DNA of 33,480 bases from a virus (Duplodnaviria; Caudoviricetes), in the IMG/VR virus record IMGVR_UViG_3300038312_000397, positions 1-33,480 of that record, one strand, 5' to 3'. The notes beneath the pieces are model-generated. The model had not been told where the DNA came from and did not search any database. It worked only from the letters and a program-made list of their open reading frames with translations. Within the stretch, counting starts at the first letter, position 1. Each line of letters begins with the position of its first letter. A program made the translations under genes and the position numbers. This document shows positions 7,438-17,187 of this stretch, one piece after another.

Positions 7438-9367
7438 ACTAACCATAGATATAGAAACATACAGCTCGGTTGACTTGACAACAGCGGGGGTCCATAGATA
7501 TGTGGACTCAGAAGACTTCAAGATATTGCTCTTAGCTTTTGCTGTTAACAACGAGCCCATTAAGATAATAGATTTTGAACGTAGCGGTTCTGACTTTAAT
7601 GATTTTATCATTAATTTGCTTACCTCTCCTTATTATCTTAAGACTTCTTGGAATGCGGTATTCGAGATTACTTGCCTTAACAAGTTCTTTGGTTTAAACC
7701 TTGACGTAATGCAGTGGGAGTGTGACATGGTTAAGGCGGCAATGTGTGGTCTTCCTCTATCACTTTCTCAATGTGCTGAGGTATTAGGTGTTGAGCAACA
7801 AAAGATGAAGGCGGGAAAGAGCTTAATTGAAGCGTTCTGTAAACCCAAGAAGAAGAACCAAAGAACTTTATTTGATGCGGATAAATGGGGACTGTTCAAA
7901 GAATACTGCAAGCAGGATGTTGAGGTAGAGAGGGCAATAAGTAATAAATTATCTTATTACTCTATACCTCAAGGCGAGAGAGAATTATTTGCCCTGGACT
8001 ATAAGATTAACGCCATGGGGGTTATGCTTGACAGGGATTTAGTGAACTCTGCTGTACTACTTGATGAATGCAATACTGAGACTCTTATGCAAGAGGCTAG
8101 AGAGCTTACAGGGCTTGCTAACCCTAACTCTCCTACAGCTCTTAAAAATTGGCTAGCTACTCAAGGAATTAAAGCCTCCTCGCTTACTGAGTCGATTGTT
8201 AGTGAACTTAAAGGAGAGATAAATAATGAGAAAGTATTGCGAGTTCTTACACTTAGACAAGAATTAGCGAAAACCTCAACTGCTAAGTACAAGGCTATGC
8301 AGAAGAGCGTATGCAGCGATAATAGAGTTAAAGGGCTAACCCAATTCTATGGCACACGTACTGGTCGCTGGGCCGGTCGCCTCATCCAGGTGCAGAACCT
8401 TCCCCAAAATCATTTGAACGACTTAACTAATGCGAGAGATATTACTAAGTTAGAGGATAGCGAACTTATGGAGCTATGCTATTCAGAACCTCTGCCTTTT
8501 ATCTTATCTCAATTAATACGTACAGCAATTATAGCTCCTGAGGGCAAGACTTTTGTTATTGCGGACTTCTCTGCAATCGAGGCAAGGGTGATTGCTTGGC
8601 TTGCTGGCGAGCAATGGAGATTAGATGTATTCCGCTCACACGGCAAAATATATGAAGCCTCTGCTTCAGCTATGTTTGGCATTGCTATCGAGAGTGTAAC
8701 TAAAGGTTCAGACTACAGGGCAAAGGGTAAGATTGCTGAATTAGCTTTAGGTTACCAGGGAGGTGTTGGGGCTCTTAAGGCTTTCGGTGCTGATAAAATG
8801 GGAATAGCTGAAAGCGAACTTGAAGATATAGTATATAGGTGGAGAGCTAAGAGCCCTAATATCGTTCTGCTTTGGAATAGAATTGAAACCATGGTTACTA
8901 AGGCTATTCTTAGCCCTGGTATTATGCATGCCTATAATGAAGTGCTATTTGCTACCTACTCAAAAAAAGATAAAAGCTTATCTATTATACTGCCTTCCGG
9001 TCGTAGCCTTCAATACTATAACCCTGCTGTTAGCACTTACAGAGGCAGAAATACTATAACTTACGAGGGGCTAAATCAAACTACCCGTAAATGGGAAACA
9101 GTTGAAACTTACGGAGGGAAATTAACAGAGAATGTTATTCAAGCTATTGCAAGAGATTGCTTGGCAGACACTATGCTAAGAATTAATAAGGCTGGATATA
9201 ACATCGTAATGCACGTGCATGATGAAGTTATAGTCGAAGTTGAGGCAAGCAAGAGCGAGCTAGCTATGGAAGAGGTATTGGATATTATGAAGGTTTCTCC
9301 TGAATGGTGTGAAGACTTACCTCTTAGAGGAGATGCTTTTATCGCCGAGTATTATAAGAAGGATTAA
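7430..9367 (+). CDS. polA: Phage DNA polymerase, family A, with 3'-5' exonuclease
   Basis: Exo I DIET, exo III YCKQDV, TGRW, motif A DFSAIEAR, motif B RAKGKIAELALGY, motif C HVHDE. Confidence 0.95.
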   Translation: MNKLTIDIETYSSVDLTTAGVHRYVDSEDFKILLLAFAVNNEPIKIIDFERSGSDFNDFIINLLTSPYYLKTSWNAVFEITCLNKFFGLNLDVMQWECDMVKAAMCGLPLSLSQCAEVLGVEQQKMKAGKSLIEAFCKPKKKNQRTLFDADKWGLFKEYCKQDVEVERAISNKLSYYSIPQGERELFALDYKINAMGVMLDRDLVNSAVLLDECNTETLMQEARELTGLANPNSPTALKNWLATQGIKASSLTESIVSELKGEINNEKVLRVLTLRQELAKTSTAKYKAMQKSVCSDNRVKGLTQFYGTRTGRWAGRLIQVQNLPQNHLNDLTNARDITKLEDSELMELCYSEPLPFILSQLIRTAIIAPEGKTFVIADFSAIEARVIAWLAGEQWRLDVFRSHGKIYEASASAMFGIAIESVTKGSDYRAKGKIAELALGYQGGVGALKAFGADKMGIAESELEDIVYRWRAKSPNIVLLWNRIETMVTKAILSPGIMHAYNEVLFATYSKKDKSLSIILPSGRSLQYYNPAVSTYRGRNTITYEGLNQTTRKWETVETYGGKLTENVIQAIARDCLADTMLRINKAGYNIVMHVHDEVIVEVEASKSELAMEEVLDIMKVSPEWCEDLPLRGDAFIAEYYKKD

Positions 9368-9394
9368 TAAACAAACAAACAAACATAAAACACA

Positions 9395-9955
9395 ATGGAA
9401 AAATTAGGAAGCATTGCAAGAGTTGAAAGAGCAACAAAGCAAAACAAAGAAAACAATCCTCAATCAGTAGATATATTGGAAGGATTAGCAGAAAGAATTA
9501 ATAGTTCATCTACTCAATATGAAGTAGAGGATGTTATTAATGAATATAATTATGAACTCGCTCTTAATTATAAAAATACTACCAATAGTATTATTAATGA
9601 GTTTAATGATTCATTGTTAGAGTTAAAAGAGAAAAGATTGAAAACAGAGAAAGAGTTGCAATCTAAGAGAATACAATTTATTGATGAGAAAAATTTACAT
9701 CATAGTAAAGAAGAATTTGACAAGGAAGATGTTGTTAATAATAAAATAAGGAAAAATAACCTTGATATTCAGATTATGATTGATAAATTTGAAATACAAA
9801 GAACTAAGCTTATTAACGATAAAGAGAGAAAACTAAGAGAATTAGAGATAAAACAAACTGAATACAGAAAACAATTTAATACTCTTAAAACGCGTAAACT
9901 ATCAGAAATAAGAGAACAAAGAGCCATACAAGAATCAAATCAAATAAATAAATAA
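9395..9955 (+). CDS. Coiled-coil hypothetical protein
   Basis: 186 aa rich in K/E/N. The DNA is visibly more AT-rich than its neighbours. Confidence 0.7.
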   Translation: MEKLGSIARVERATKQNKENNPQSVDILEGLAERINSSSTQYEVEDVINEYNYELALNYKNTTNSIINEFNDSLLELKEKRLKTEKELQSKRIQFIDEKNLHHSKEEFDKEDVVNNKIRKNNLDIQIMIDKFEIQRTKLINDKERKLRELEIKQTEYRKQFNTLKTRKLSEIREQRAIQESNQINK

Positions 9956-9957
9956 CT

Positions 9958-10358
9958 ATGCAAGAAACAGCACTAAACACCCAAATAGGAGGTAGCCATT
10001 ATAAGAACGTGGCTACCCAACCTATAGAACTTATAGCTAGATTGAAGCTAGATTGAAGCTTGATTTCATACAAAGCTCAATAGTTAAGTATATATCAAGA
10101 GATAAAGAGGGTAAGAGATTACAAGACCTTCAGAAGGCTAAACATTTCTGTGAGCTCGGTATTATTTACGGAGGATTTGAGAAACCTGTCAATATAAGCT
10201 CTACTAAGTGTGTATCTCTCGGCAATCACATTAGGGATTATGTCCATTCTAATAGCCTACACGCTGACTCTTACGATGTTATTCTCTTTGTCGCTCACAA
10301 CGATTACAAGAAGGCGGCTATCATTATAAATAACCTAATAGAAGAACTATCCAATTAA
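9958..10358 (+). pseudogene. DUF3310 (SaV-like) gene split by an 11-bp tandem duplication
   Basis: The ATG at 9958 gives MQETALNTQIGGSHYKNVATQPIELIARLKLD-stop. The remainder (FIQSSIVKYISR...DLQKAKHF) is in another frame. GCTAGATTGAA is duplicated at 10036-10057. Confidence 0.8.
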
Positions 10359-10362
10359 TTAT

Positions 10363-12792
10363 ATGAACGAAATTAAACTAACCAATGACGGCGAGATTGA
10401 CCTTGCCACAGGACGAAGTAGAAAGGAAGTTACTTGGAAGAACAAGACTATCCTATGGTCAGAGTTCGTAAAGAAGGTATCTACCCCTTACCATACTGAC
10501 GAAACATACAAAGAATACATATCCGCTAAGAAAGAGTACCAGGATAACAAAAAAGATGTTGGAGGCTATGTTGGGGGCTACCTCAACAATGGTAGGCGTA
10601 AGACTGACACGGTGTTACATCGTAGCCTTATAACTTTAGATATGGACTTTGGCAATATGCAAGCTTGGGAAGATTGGAAGCTCTTATACGGCTATGCTTG
10701 CTGTGCGTATTCTACCCACAAACACACTCCCGAGAAGCCGAGATTAAGAATTGTATTACCTCTCAGCCGTCCTGTTAGTAGACAGGAGTATGAGCCTATC
10801 GCTCGACACGTTGCGGACCAGTTCGGCATTGAGCTATTCGACGAAACTACTTATGAAGCTGCAAGACTTATGTATTGGCAAAGCACTTCTAAGGATGCTC
10901 CGTATTTCTTCGACTACTGCGACGGCTCTTGGATTGACGCTGATGAGATACTAGAGTCTTACCATGATTGGACTGATAGTTCTTCCTGGAAGGTATCCTC
11001 AAAGGTTGATAAGATAGTACGCCAACAGATTAAGAAGCAAGAAGACCCCACCGAGAAAGAGGGTGTTGTTGGTGCGTTCTGCCGCACGTACGACATTCAC
11101 GTGGCTATAGAGAAGTTCTTAAGCGATGAGTACGAGGCTTGCGACATTCCTAACAGATACACTTATCTTAAAGGTTCTACGAGTGCGGGTATGGTCGTTT
11201 ATGATGACAAGTTCGCTTACTCGCACCATGGCACTGACCCAACGAGCGGTAAGCTGTGTAATGCTTTCGACCTTGTACGCATTCATAAGTTCATATTAAA
11301 GGATGAAGGAGCAAAGGAAGGTACTCCGATTAATAAACTCCCAAGTACTTTAGCTATGCTGGACTTCGCTACTGCTGATGGAGAGGTTAAGTTAACTCTC
11401 TCAAGAGAAAGGTCTGAGAGTGCTAAGTCTGATTTCAGTAGTTATACTGAGGTCGAGATAGAAGAGGGGGAGAATAGCGACTGGATGGCAGAGCTTGATG
11501 TAGATAGAAAGGGTAATATCATTGTATCAGCTAAAAATTGTGAGATGATCATGCTTAACGATAAATACCTAAAAGGTGCTTTCAAACTTAACTGCTTGAG
11601 GTTAGCTGTTGAGGTTGTAAAACAGCTACCTTGGAGAAATAAAGGAGACTTCTCTATATGGAGGGATTCAGACGAGGCTAATATATGGTTTTACATGGAT
11701 AGAGAATACGGCTTCTCTAACAAGGGGCTAATAACAGCAGCTTTAATGATTATATTCGATAAGTGTCAATATCATCCAGTGAAGGAATACCTAAACTCTT
11801 TACCTGAGTGGGATGGCACGGAGAGGATAAAGGATATACTGCCTCACTTCTTAGGAGTTGAGGATAACGACTACACGCGTAAAGCTTTTCGTATGGCTTT
11901 AACTGCTTGCGTCGCTAGAGTGTTTCAACCAGGCATAAAGTATGATTACGTGCTTACTCTAGTAGGTAAAGAAGGCACCGGAAAGTCTACCATTTTCAAT
12001 AAGCTTGGCGGCGAGTGGTTTTCCGATAACTTCGAGTCCCCGTCGGGTAAAGAGGGCAAAGAGCAGGTAATAGGTGTTTGGATTATGGAGATATCGGAAC
12101 TTGCGGGTATGTACAAGGCAGACCTTGAAAGGATAAAGAGTTATATCACTACCAGGACAGACAGGTTCCGTCCAGCTTATGGTAAGAATGTTATTGAAGC
12201 TCCAAGGCAATGTGTATTCTTTGCAACTACTAATAATGTGGATTTTCTTAGAGGTAATACAGGTAACAGACGATTCCTACCTATAAGTGTAAGACCTGAA
12301 TTCATTAAAGAGAAAGTGTTCTCTGGATTTACTGAAGAGCTCAGAGGGCAAGTGTGGTCAGAGGCATTACACTATTATAAGAAGGGGGAGGAGCTGTGGT
12401 TAGGAGATGAGATAGAGAAGCTAGCTAGAGAGCTACAGGAACAACACAGAGAAGCTGACCCTTGGGAAAACACAATTAACAGCTACGCAGATACTCTTTG
12501 GCCAACTAATTGGAAGGATATAGACGTAAGAGCTAGATACAGTTTCTTTGCCCATCCGGACGAGCTGCAGAGTAAGGGCAAAGTGCTACGCGACAAACTA
12601 ACAGTAGAGGACATTTGGGTAGAAGCTTTGGGAGGACTAGAAGACCGACTAGACGGGCAAAATTCCCGCAGGATAAGAGAGATTATGAGGAAGAGGGATG
12701 ACTTCGAGGAAAAGGTAATTAAGGTAAAAGGGGTTACGAAAAGAGGCTTTTACCGCATTCTCGAAGCCGCTATTAAGGTTACAAACGGCTAA
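10363..12792 (+). CDS. Primase-helicase with VirE/VapE-type ATPase domain
   Basis: N-terminal primase-like motifs (TLDMD, YSTHKH..PRLR), Walker A GKEGTGKS, FFATTN and TGNRRF. Confidence 0.92.
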   Translation: MNEIKLTNDGEIDLATGRSRKEVTWKNKTILWSEFVKKVSTPYHTDETYKEYISAKKEYQDNKKDVGGYVGGYLNNGRRKTDTVLHRSLITLDMDFGNMQAWEDWKLLYGYACCAYSTHKHTPEKPRLRIVLPLSRPVSRQEYEPIARHVADQFGIELFDETTYEAARLMYWQSTSKDAPYFFDYCDGSWIDADEILESYHDWTDSSSWKVSSKVDKIVRQQIKKQEDPTEKEGVVGAFCRTYDIHVAIEKFLSDEYEACDIPNRYTYLKGSTSAGMVVYDDKFAYSHHGTDPTSGKLCNAFDLVRIHKFILKDEGAKEGTPINKLPSTLAMLDFATADGEVKLTLSRERSESAKSDFSSYTEVEIEEGENSDWMAELDVDRKGNIIVSAKNCEMIMLNDKYLKGAFKLNCLRLAVEVVKQLPWRNKGDFSIWRDSDEANIWFYMDREYGFSNKGLITAALMIIFDKCQYHPVKEYLNSLPEWDGTERIKDILPHFLGVEDNDYTRKAFRMALTACVARVFQPGIKYDYVLTLVGKEGTGKSTIFNKLGGEWFSDNFESPSGKEGKEQVIGVWIMEISELAGMYKADLERIKSYITTRTDRFRPAYGKNVIEAPRQCVFFATTNNVDFLRGNTGNRRFLPISVRPEFIKEKVFSGFTEELRGQVWSEALHYYKKGEELWLGDEIEKLARELQEQHREADPWENTINSYADTLWPTNWKDIDVRARYSFFAHPDELQSKGKVLRDKLTVEDIWVEALGGLEDRLDGQNSRRIREIMRKRDDFEEKVIKVKGVTKRGFYRILEAAIKVTNG

Positions 12793-13116
12793 AAAAGGTT
12801 ACAAAAGGCTAAAAAAGGTTACAAACTTTAAAAAATAAGCGCTAAAAAGCGCTAAAAAGCACGAAAAAGGGTAAAAAGCGAAAAAAGAAATGTAACCCCA
12901 AAGTTACAAAGGTTACAAAAAGGTTACAGAAAAAAGGGCAAAATGTAACCGCATAAAAGTAAGAAAACCAGAACGATAAAGGAGAAAGTTACAAAGTTAC
13001 AAAAAAATAGCCTTAAACTTTAAAAATTAAATTAGGGGATATAATAGTGATATTAATGTAATATAATACGCCTAATTATATATATATCTTTATAGGAAAT
13101 CTTGTAACTTGTAACC
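12777..13116. repeat. Iteron array/putative replication origin
   Basis: Eight GTTACA and four inverted TGTAAC copies, a 20-bp tandem repeat (GGTTACAAA(C/A)GGCTAAAAAA), phased A-tracts and an AT-rich core at ~13015-13095. Confidence 0.8.
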
Positions 13117-13143
13117 TTTACGAATTTTAACAGAAAATTAAAC

Positions 13144-13431
13144 ATGATACAAAGCAGCGAAAAATATTTGGAAAAAAAACTAAGGGATGAGGTTAGGAAA
13201 GCAGGCGGATTGGCTATTAAATTCACCTCTCCTTACTTCACAGGAATGCCCGACAGATTGGTACTAATGCCTAAGGGCAGGATTTGGTTTGTAGAGGTGA
13301 AATCAACAGGTAAGAAGTTAAAAGATATACAGGAGGCTCAAGCCGAGAAATTGCGGGAATTGGGGTTCAACGCTAGATTGATAGATACTAAAACAGAACT
13401 TGACAGCTTTATTGAGGAGGTAAGAGGATGA
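13144..13431 (+). CDS. VRR-NUC domain nuclease
   Basis: EK.LEKKL, GMPDRLVL, FVEVKS and Q motif. Confidence 0.92.
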   Translation: MIQSSEKYLEKKLRDEVRKAGGLAIKFTSPYFTGMPDRLVLMPKGRIWFVEVKSTGKKLKDIQEAQAEKLRELGFNARLIDTKTELDSFIEEVRG

Positions 13432-14795
13432 GATACAAACCACACGCTTATCAGAACACAGCGACTAACAAGATAGTTAATGACCCTTACTGTGGGTTAT
13501 TCTTAGACATGGGTCTTGGAAAAACGGTATCAACTCTTACAGCTATCAACGAACTCATATACGGAGACCTCAGCATTAGTAAGGTCTTAGTAATAGCCCC
13601 TAAGAGAGTGGCTGAGACTACATGGACGAGTGAATGTGAGAAGTGGGACCACTTACAACATCTTAGAGTATCGAAAGTATTAGGTACTGAAAAGCAACGT
13701 AAAGAAGCATTAGACAAACAGGCTGACATATACGTAATCAATCGTGAGAATGTTGTATGGCTAGTTTCCCATTATGGGGGTGCCTTCTTCCCTTTCGACA
13801 TGGTAGTCATTGACGAGCTTTCAAGCTTTAAATCGCCAAAGGCTCAAAGGTTCAAGGCGCTAAGAATGGTTAGACCACTAATCCAAAGAGTGGTTGGTCT
13901 TACGGGAACTCCAGCACCTAACGGCTTGATTGACCTTTGGGCTCAAATATATCTACTCGATAGAGGTGAGAGGTTAGGAAAGAATATAACCTCTTATCGA
14001 AGGAATTACTTCAACCCTGGAAGAACTAACGGACAAATCGTTTTCGACTACAAGCTTAAAGAGAATGGAGAGAATGAAATATACAAGAAGATTGAGGATA
14101 TCTGCATAAGCATGAAAGCTGAGGACTATTTAGAACTTCCGGAGAGAATTGGCAGAATAGTCTCTACACCTTTGCCCCAATCAATTATGGAGCAATATAA
14201 GGAATTTGAACGAAAGCAAGTAATGTCTTTGTTCGAGGGGGAGAAAGTTATTACTGCGGTAAACAAAGCAGCCGTAATAGGTAAGTTATTGCAGTTCTCC
14301 AACGGAGCAATTTATGACGAAAACCACGACTATTACGAAATCCACAATGAGAAGTTAGATGCTTTAGAAGAGATTATTGACACCGCTAACGGGCAACCGG
14401 TATTAGTCTTCTATTCCTTTCAGCATGATTATGAAAGAATAACTAAAAAGCTTAAAAAATATTCGCCTAAAAAGCTTAGAACCGAAAGCGAAGTCAAAGA
14501 ATGGAACGCTGGTAAAATACAAGTTCTTTTAGCCCATCCAGCAAGTGCGGGGCATGGCTTGAACCTCCAGGCAGGAGGCAACATCATTGTTTGGTTTGGT
14601 TTGAACTGGTCTTTGGAACTCTACCAACAGGCTAATGCTCGACTCCACAGGCAAGGGCAAAACAAAAATGTCATAATTCACCATCTAATTACGCCTGGAA
14701 CTTATGACGAAAATGTTTATCAAGCTTTGCAAAATAAAGGCGACACGCAAGAACAATTATTGCAAGCACTTAAAGAAAAATATGTAAATTACTAA
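13428..14795 (+). CDS. SNF2-family (SF2) helicase
   Basis: DMGLGKT, IDELS, LTGTP, GHGLNLQ and QANARLHRQGQ. Confidence 0.93.
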   Translation: MRYKPHAYQNTATNKIVNDPYCGLFLDMGLGKTVSTLTAINELIYGDLSISKVLVIAPKRVAETTWTSECEKWDHLQHLRVSKVLGTEKQRKEALDKQADIYVINRENVVWLVSHYGGAFFPFDMVVIDELSSFKSPKAQRFKALRMVRPLIQRVVGLTGTPAPNGLIDLWAQIYLLDRGERLGKNITSYRRNYFNPGRTNGQIVFDYKLKENGENEIYKKIEDICISMKAEDYLELPERIGRIVSTPLPQSIMEQYKEFERKQVMSLFEGEKVITAVNKAAVIGKLLQFSNGAIYDENHDYYEIHNEKLDALEEIIDTANGQPVLVFYSFQHDYERITKKLKKYSPKKLRTESEVKEWNAGKIQVLLAHPASAGHGLNLQAGGNIIVWFGLNWSLELYQQANARLHRQGQNKNVIIHHLITPGTYDENVYQALQNKGDTQEQLLQALKEKYVNY

Positions 14796-14849
14796 TTGGC
14801 TTCTATGCCAATCCGAGAATTACAAGTACCTGAAAATAAACAGGTTAAA

Positions 14850-14881
14850 TTTGGTTTTTAGGTAAATATGTTGTATATTTG
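14850..14881 (+). promoter_or_regulatory. Promoter for the terminase/tail operon (TTTG-N20-TATATTTG)
   Basis: Consensus -33/-7 elements. The GTG start follows after a 5-nt spacer. Confidence 0.7.
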
Positions 14882-14886
14882 CCCCC

Positions 14887-15396
14887 GTGAAAAAGTTAGA
14901 ATTAACAGCCAAGCAGGAAAATTTTGTCGTGAAGTACCTTGAAACTTCCAACGCTACTGTAGCATATCGCTATGCGTATGACTGCAGTAAGATGAAGCCT
15001 AACACTGTGCGGCGTACAGCCATAGAGACCCTAAAGCACCCTAAGATTAATGCCGAGATAGAGAGGCGAATGAAGAGGACAGCATTAACTTCGGAGATAA
15101 CTAAGAGGCAGGTATTGGATGAGCTAAAAAACATCCTGGAGGCTAATATAGCGGATTACGTTGAATTTGATGGCAAAAAATTAAAGTTTAAAGACTTTGT
15201 TAAACTGACAGAAAAACAGCTTAAAGCGATAGAGAGCATAAAAGAAACAAAACATGGGATAGAGCTTAAATTGCACGGCAAGAGCTGGACGATTGAACGA
15301 ATATGCAAAATGTTAGGTTTCGACGCCCCAGTTAAGCAGGAGATGAAATTGGACGAGGACTCGGTTAAGCTGATTGTAGGAATGAAAGTAGAGTGA
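14887..15396 (+). CDS. terS: Terminase small subunit
   Basis: LTAKQENFVVKYL...NATVAYRYAY HTH pattern, directly upstream of the large subunit. Confidence 0.9.
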   Translation: MKKLELTAKQENFVVKYLETSNATVAYRYAYDCSKMKPNTVRRTAIETLKHPKINAEIERRMKRTALTSEITKRQVLDELKNILEANIADYVEFDGKKLKFKDFVKLTEKQLKAIESIKETKHGIELKLHGKSWTIERICKMLGFDAPVKQEMKLDEDSVKLIVGMKVE

Positions 15397-15400
15397 GGCT

Positions 15401-16753
15401 ATGGATACCAGGATGCTAATATTTGACACAAGGGGCAATGAGAAGCAGAAAGAAGTCTGCCAATATTGGAGTGATGAGGTTACTACTGACATCCTCTATG
15501 GCGGCTCCAAGGGCTCCGGCAAGAGTTATCTAGGATGCTCTTTGATATTCGGAGACGCTCTAACCTACCCTAACACTTTTTACTTTATAGCGAGAAAGAA
15601 CCTCAACGACTTAAGAAAATACACAATACCTAGCATACATGAAGTATTCCAACATTGGGACTTAACGTCCAAGTATTACAGCTATAACGGGCAAGATAAC
15701 TACTTTGAACTTTACAACAAGAGCAGGGTTTACTTGCTAGACGCTAAATATCTTCCTTCTGACCCTGATTATTATCGTTTTGGTTCTATGCAAATGACAC
15801 GGGGATGGATTGAAGAAGCTGGGGAGTTCTCCTTAGATGCTAAGAATAACCTCCAAGCTTCAATTGGACGCTGGAATAACGAGCTGTATAACCTGGCCCC
15901 TAAACTACTGCAAACTTGTAACCCCTCCAAGAATTACCTCTATTCAGAATACTACAAGAAAAGCAAAGAGGGCACAATAGAGGGCTATAAGAAGTTCATC
16001 CAAGCTTTGCCTACCGATAACAAATGCCTTTCAGAGGCTTACCTCTTAAACTTAGAGAGGTCTTTAACTACCAACCAAAAAGAGAGATTACTATTCGGGA
16101 ACTGGGAGTATGACGATGACCCAAATGCCTTGATTGACTACGACGCTATTTGTGATTTATTCACGAATGAATACGTCCAGGCTATTGGTCCGGATAGGAT
16201 AAGTGCCGACTTAGCGATGAAAGGTAGAGACAGATTTATAGCAGGAGGCTGGAAAGGCTTAGTAGTAACTGTTGAAATAGACATGCCCTACTCTCCTGCT
16301 GATGTTATAGAAAAAGAACTCAAAGGGTTAGCCCTTAGGCGTAAAGTAAGTCATAGCCAGGTGGTAGCGGATAGTGACGGCTTAGGGGCTTACCTGGAGA
16401 GCTACATAAGAGGGATAGTTGAGTTCCATAATGGAGGTTCTGCTTTCGACAAGCAGTACGCCAACCTTAAAGCCGAGTGTGCTTATAAGCTCGCTGAAGT
16501 TGTAAACAACAGACTGATGAGGGTTATATGCACTAAGGAGCAGGAAGAGAAAATAAAGGAGGAATTAGGGGTACTAAAAGCTGTTGATGTTGATAACGAT
16601 ACTGGTAAGAAGAATATAATCTCTAAGGATTTGATGAAGCAACTATTAGGACGCTCACCCGACTATTTGGACATGCTGATTATGGGCATGCACCATTCGG
16701 TTGCCCCTAAGCCTAGAGTATCTAAGGGGATTAAAAAAATGGTATATAAATAA
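15401..16753 (+). CDS. terL: Terminase large subunit
   Basis: Walker A YGGSKGSGKS, Walker B WIEEAGE, TCNP, and nuclease motifs SADLAMKGRD and SPDYLD. Confidence 0.93.
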   Translation: MDTRMLIFDTRGNEKQKEVCQYWSDEVTTDILYGGSKGSGKSYLGCSLIFGDALTYPNTFYFIARKNLNDLRKYTIPSIHEVFQHWDLTSKYYSYNGQDNYFELYNKSRVYLLDAKYLPSDPDYYRFGSMQMTRGWIEEAGEFSLDAKNNLQASIGRWNNELYNLAPKLLQTCNPSKNYLYSEYYKKSKEGTIEGYKKFIQALPTDNKCLSEAYLLNLERSLTTNQKERLLFGNWEYDDDPNALIDYDAICDLFTNEYVQAIGPDRISADLAMKGRDRFIAGGWKGLVVTVEIDMPYSPADVIEKELKGLALRRKVSHSQVVADSDGLGAYLESYIRGIVEFHNGGSAFDKQYANLKAECAYKLAEVVNNRLMRVICTKEQEEKIKEELGVLKAVDVDNDTGKKNIISKDLMKQLLGRSPDYLDMLIMGMHHSVAPKPRVSKGIKKMVYK

Positions 16754-16761
16754 TAACGGAG

Positions 16762-17184
16762 ATGTTAGAGAAGATAAAAAGCATAATAGAACAGGCGAAC
16801 GCTGACTATGTTGTAGAATACGATGAGGGCAATATGTTCAACATACGTGCTGACGGCTTTGCTAGAGGCACAAAATACGCCTATATTGAGGAGTTCAAGG
16901 AAGGGGAGATTGATATGCAGGGCTTCTTCGAGAAGGATAAGTTAAGGCTTAATATATATTTCTCTGTGATACCTGAGCAAGAACTCAACGCAATAGGTAG
17001 AGAGCAGATAAGAGAGGCTATCAAAGCAGAGATTGTTAAGCCCTTCATAAAGGCTTTTATAGATAGTCACCATTTCTCAAGCAACAAGCTCTTTAAGTAT
17101 TACTATCCTCTTAGCAGGTTCGATGCTAACGAGGTTAGTGTTATGCTAGATTTCGAGTGTGAACTTATAGAAAACAATTGTTAG
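16762..17184 (+). CDS. Putative tail terminator/completion protein
   Basis: 140-aa acidic protein. Function inferred from size and context only. Confidence 0.45.
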   Translation: MLEKIKSIIEQANADYVVEYDEGNMFNIRADGFARGTKYAYIEEFKEGEIDMQGFFEKDKLRLNIYFSVIPEQELNAIGREQIREAIKAEIVKPFIKAFIDSHHFSSNKLFKYYYPLSRFDANEVSVMLDFECELIENNC

Positions 17185-17187
17185 GCT

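Noticed and set aside
12777-13116. CRISPR array, considered because of the Cas4-like gene
   Set aside because: The repeats are 6-9 bp, occur in both orientations and are irregularly spaced, with no unique spacers.
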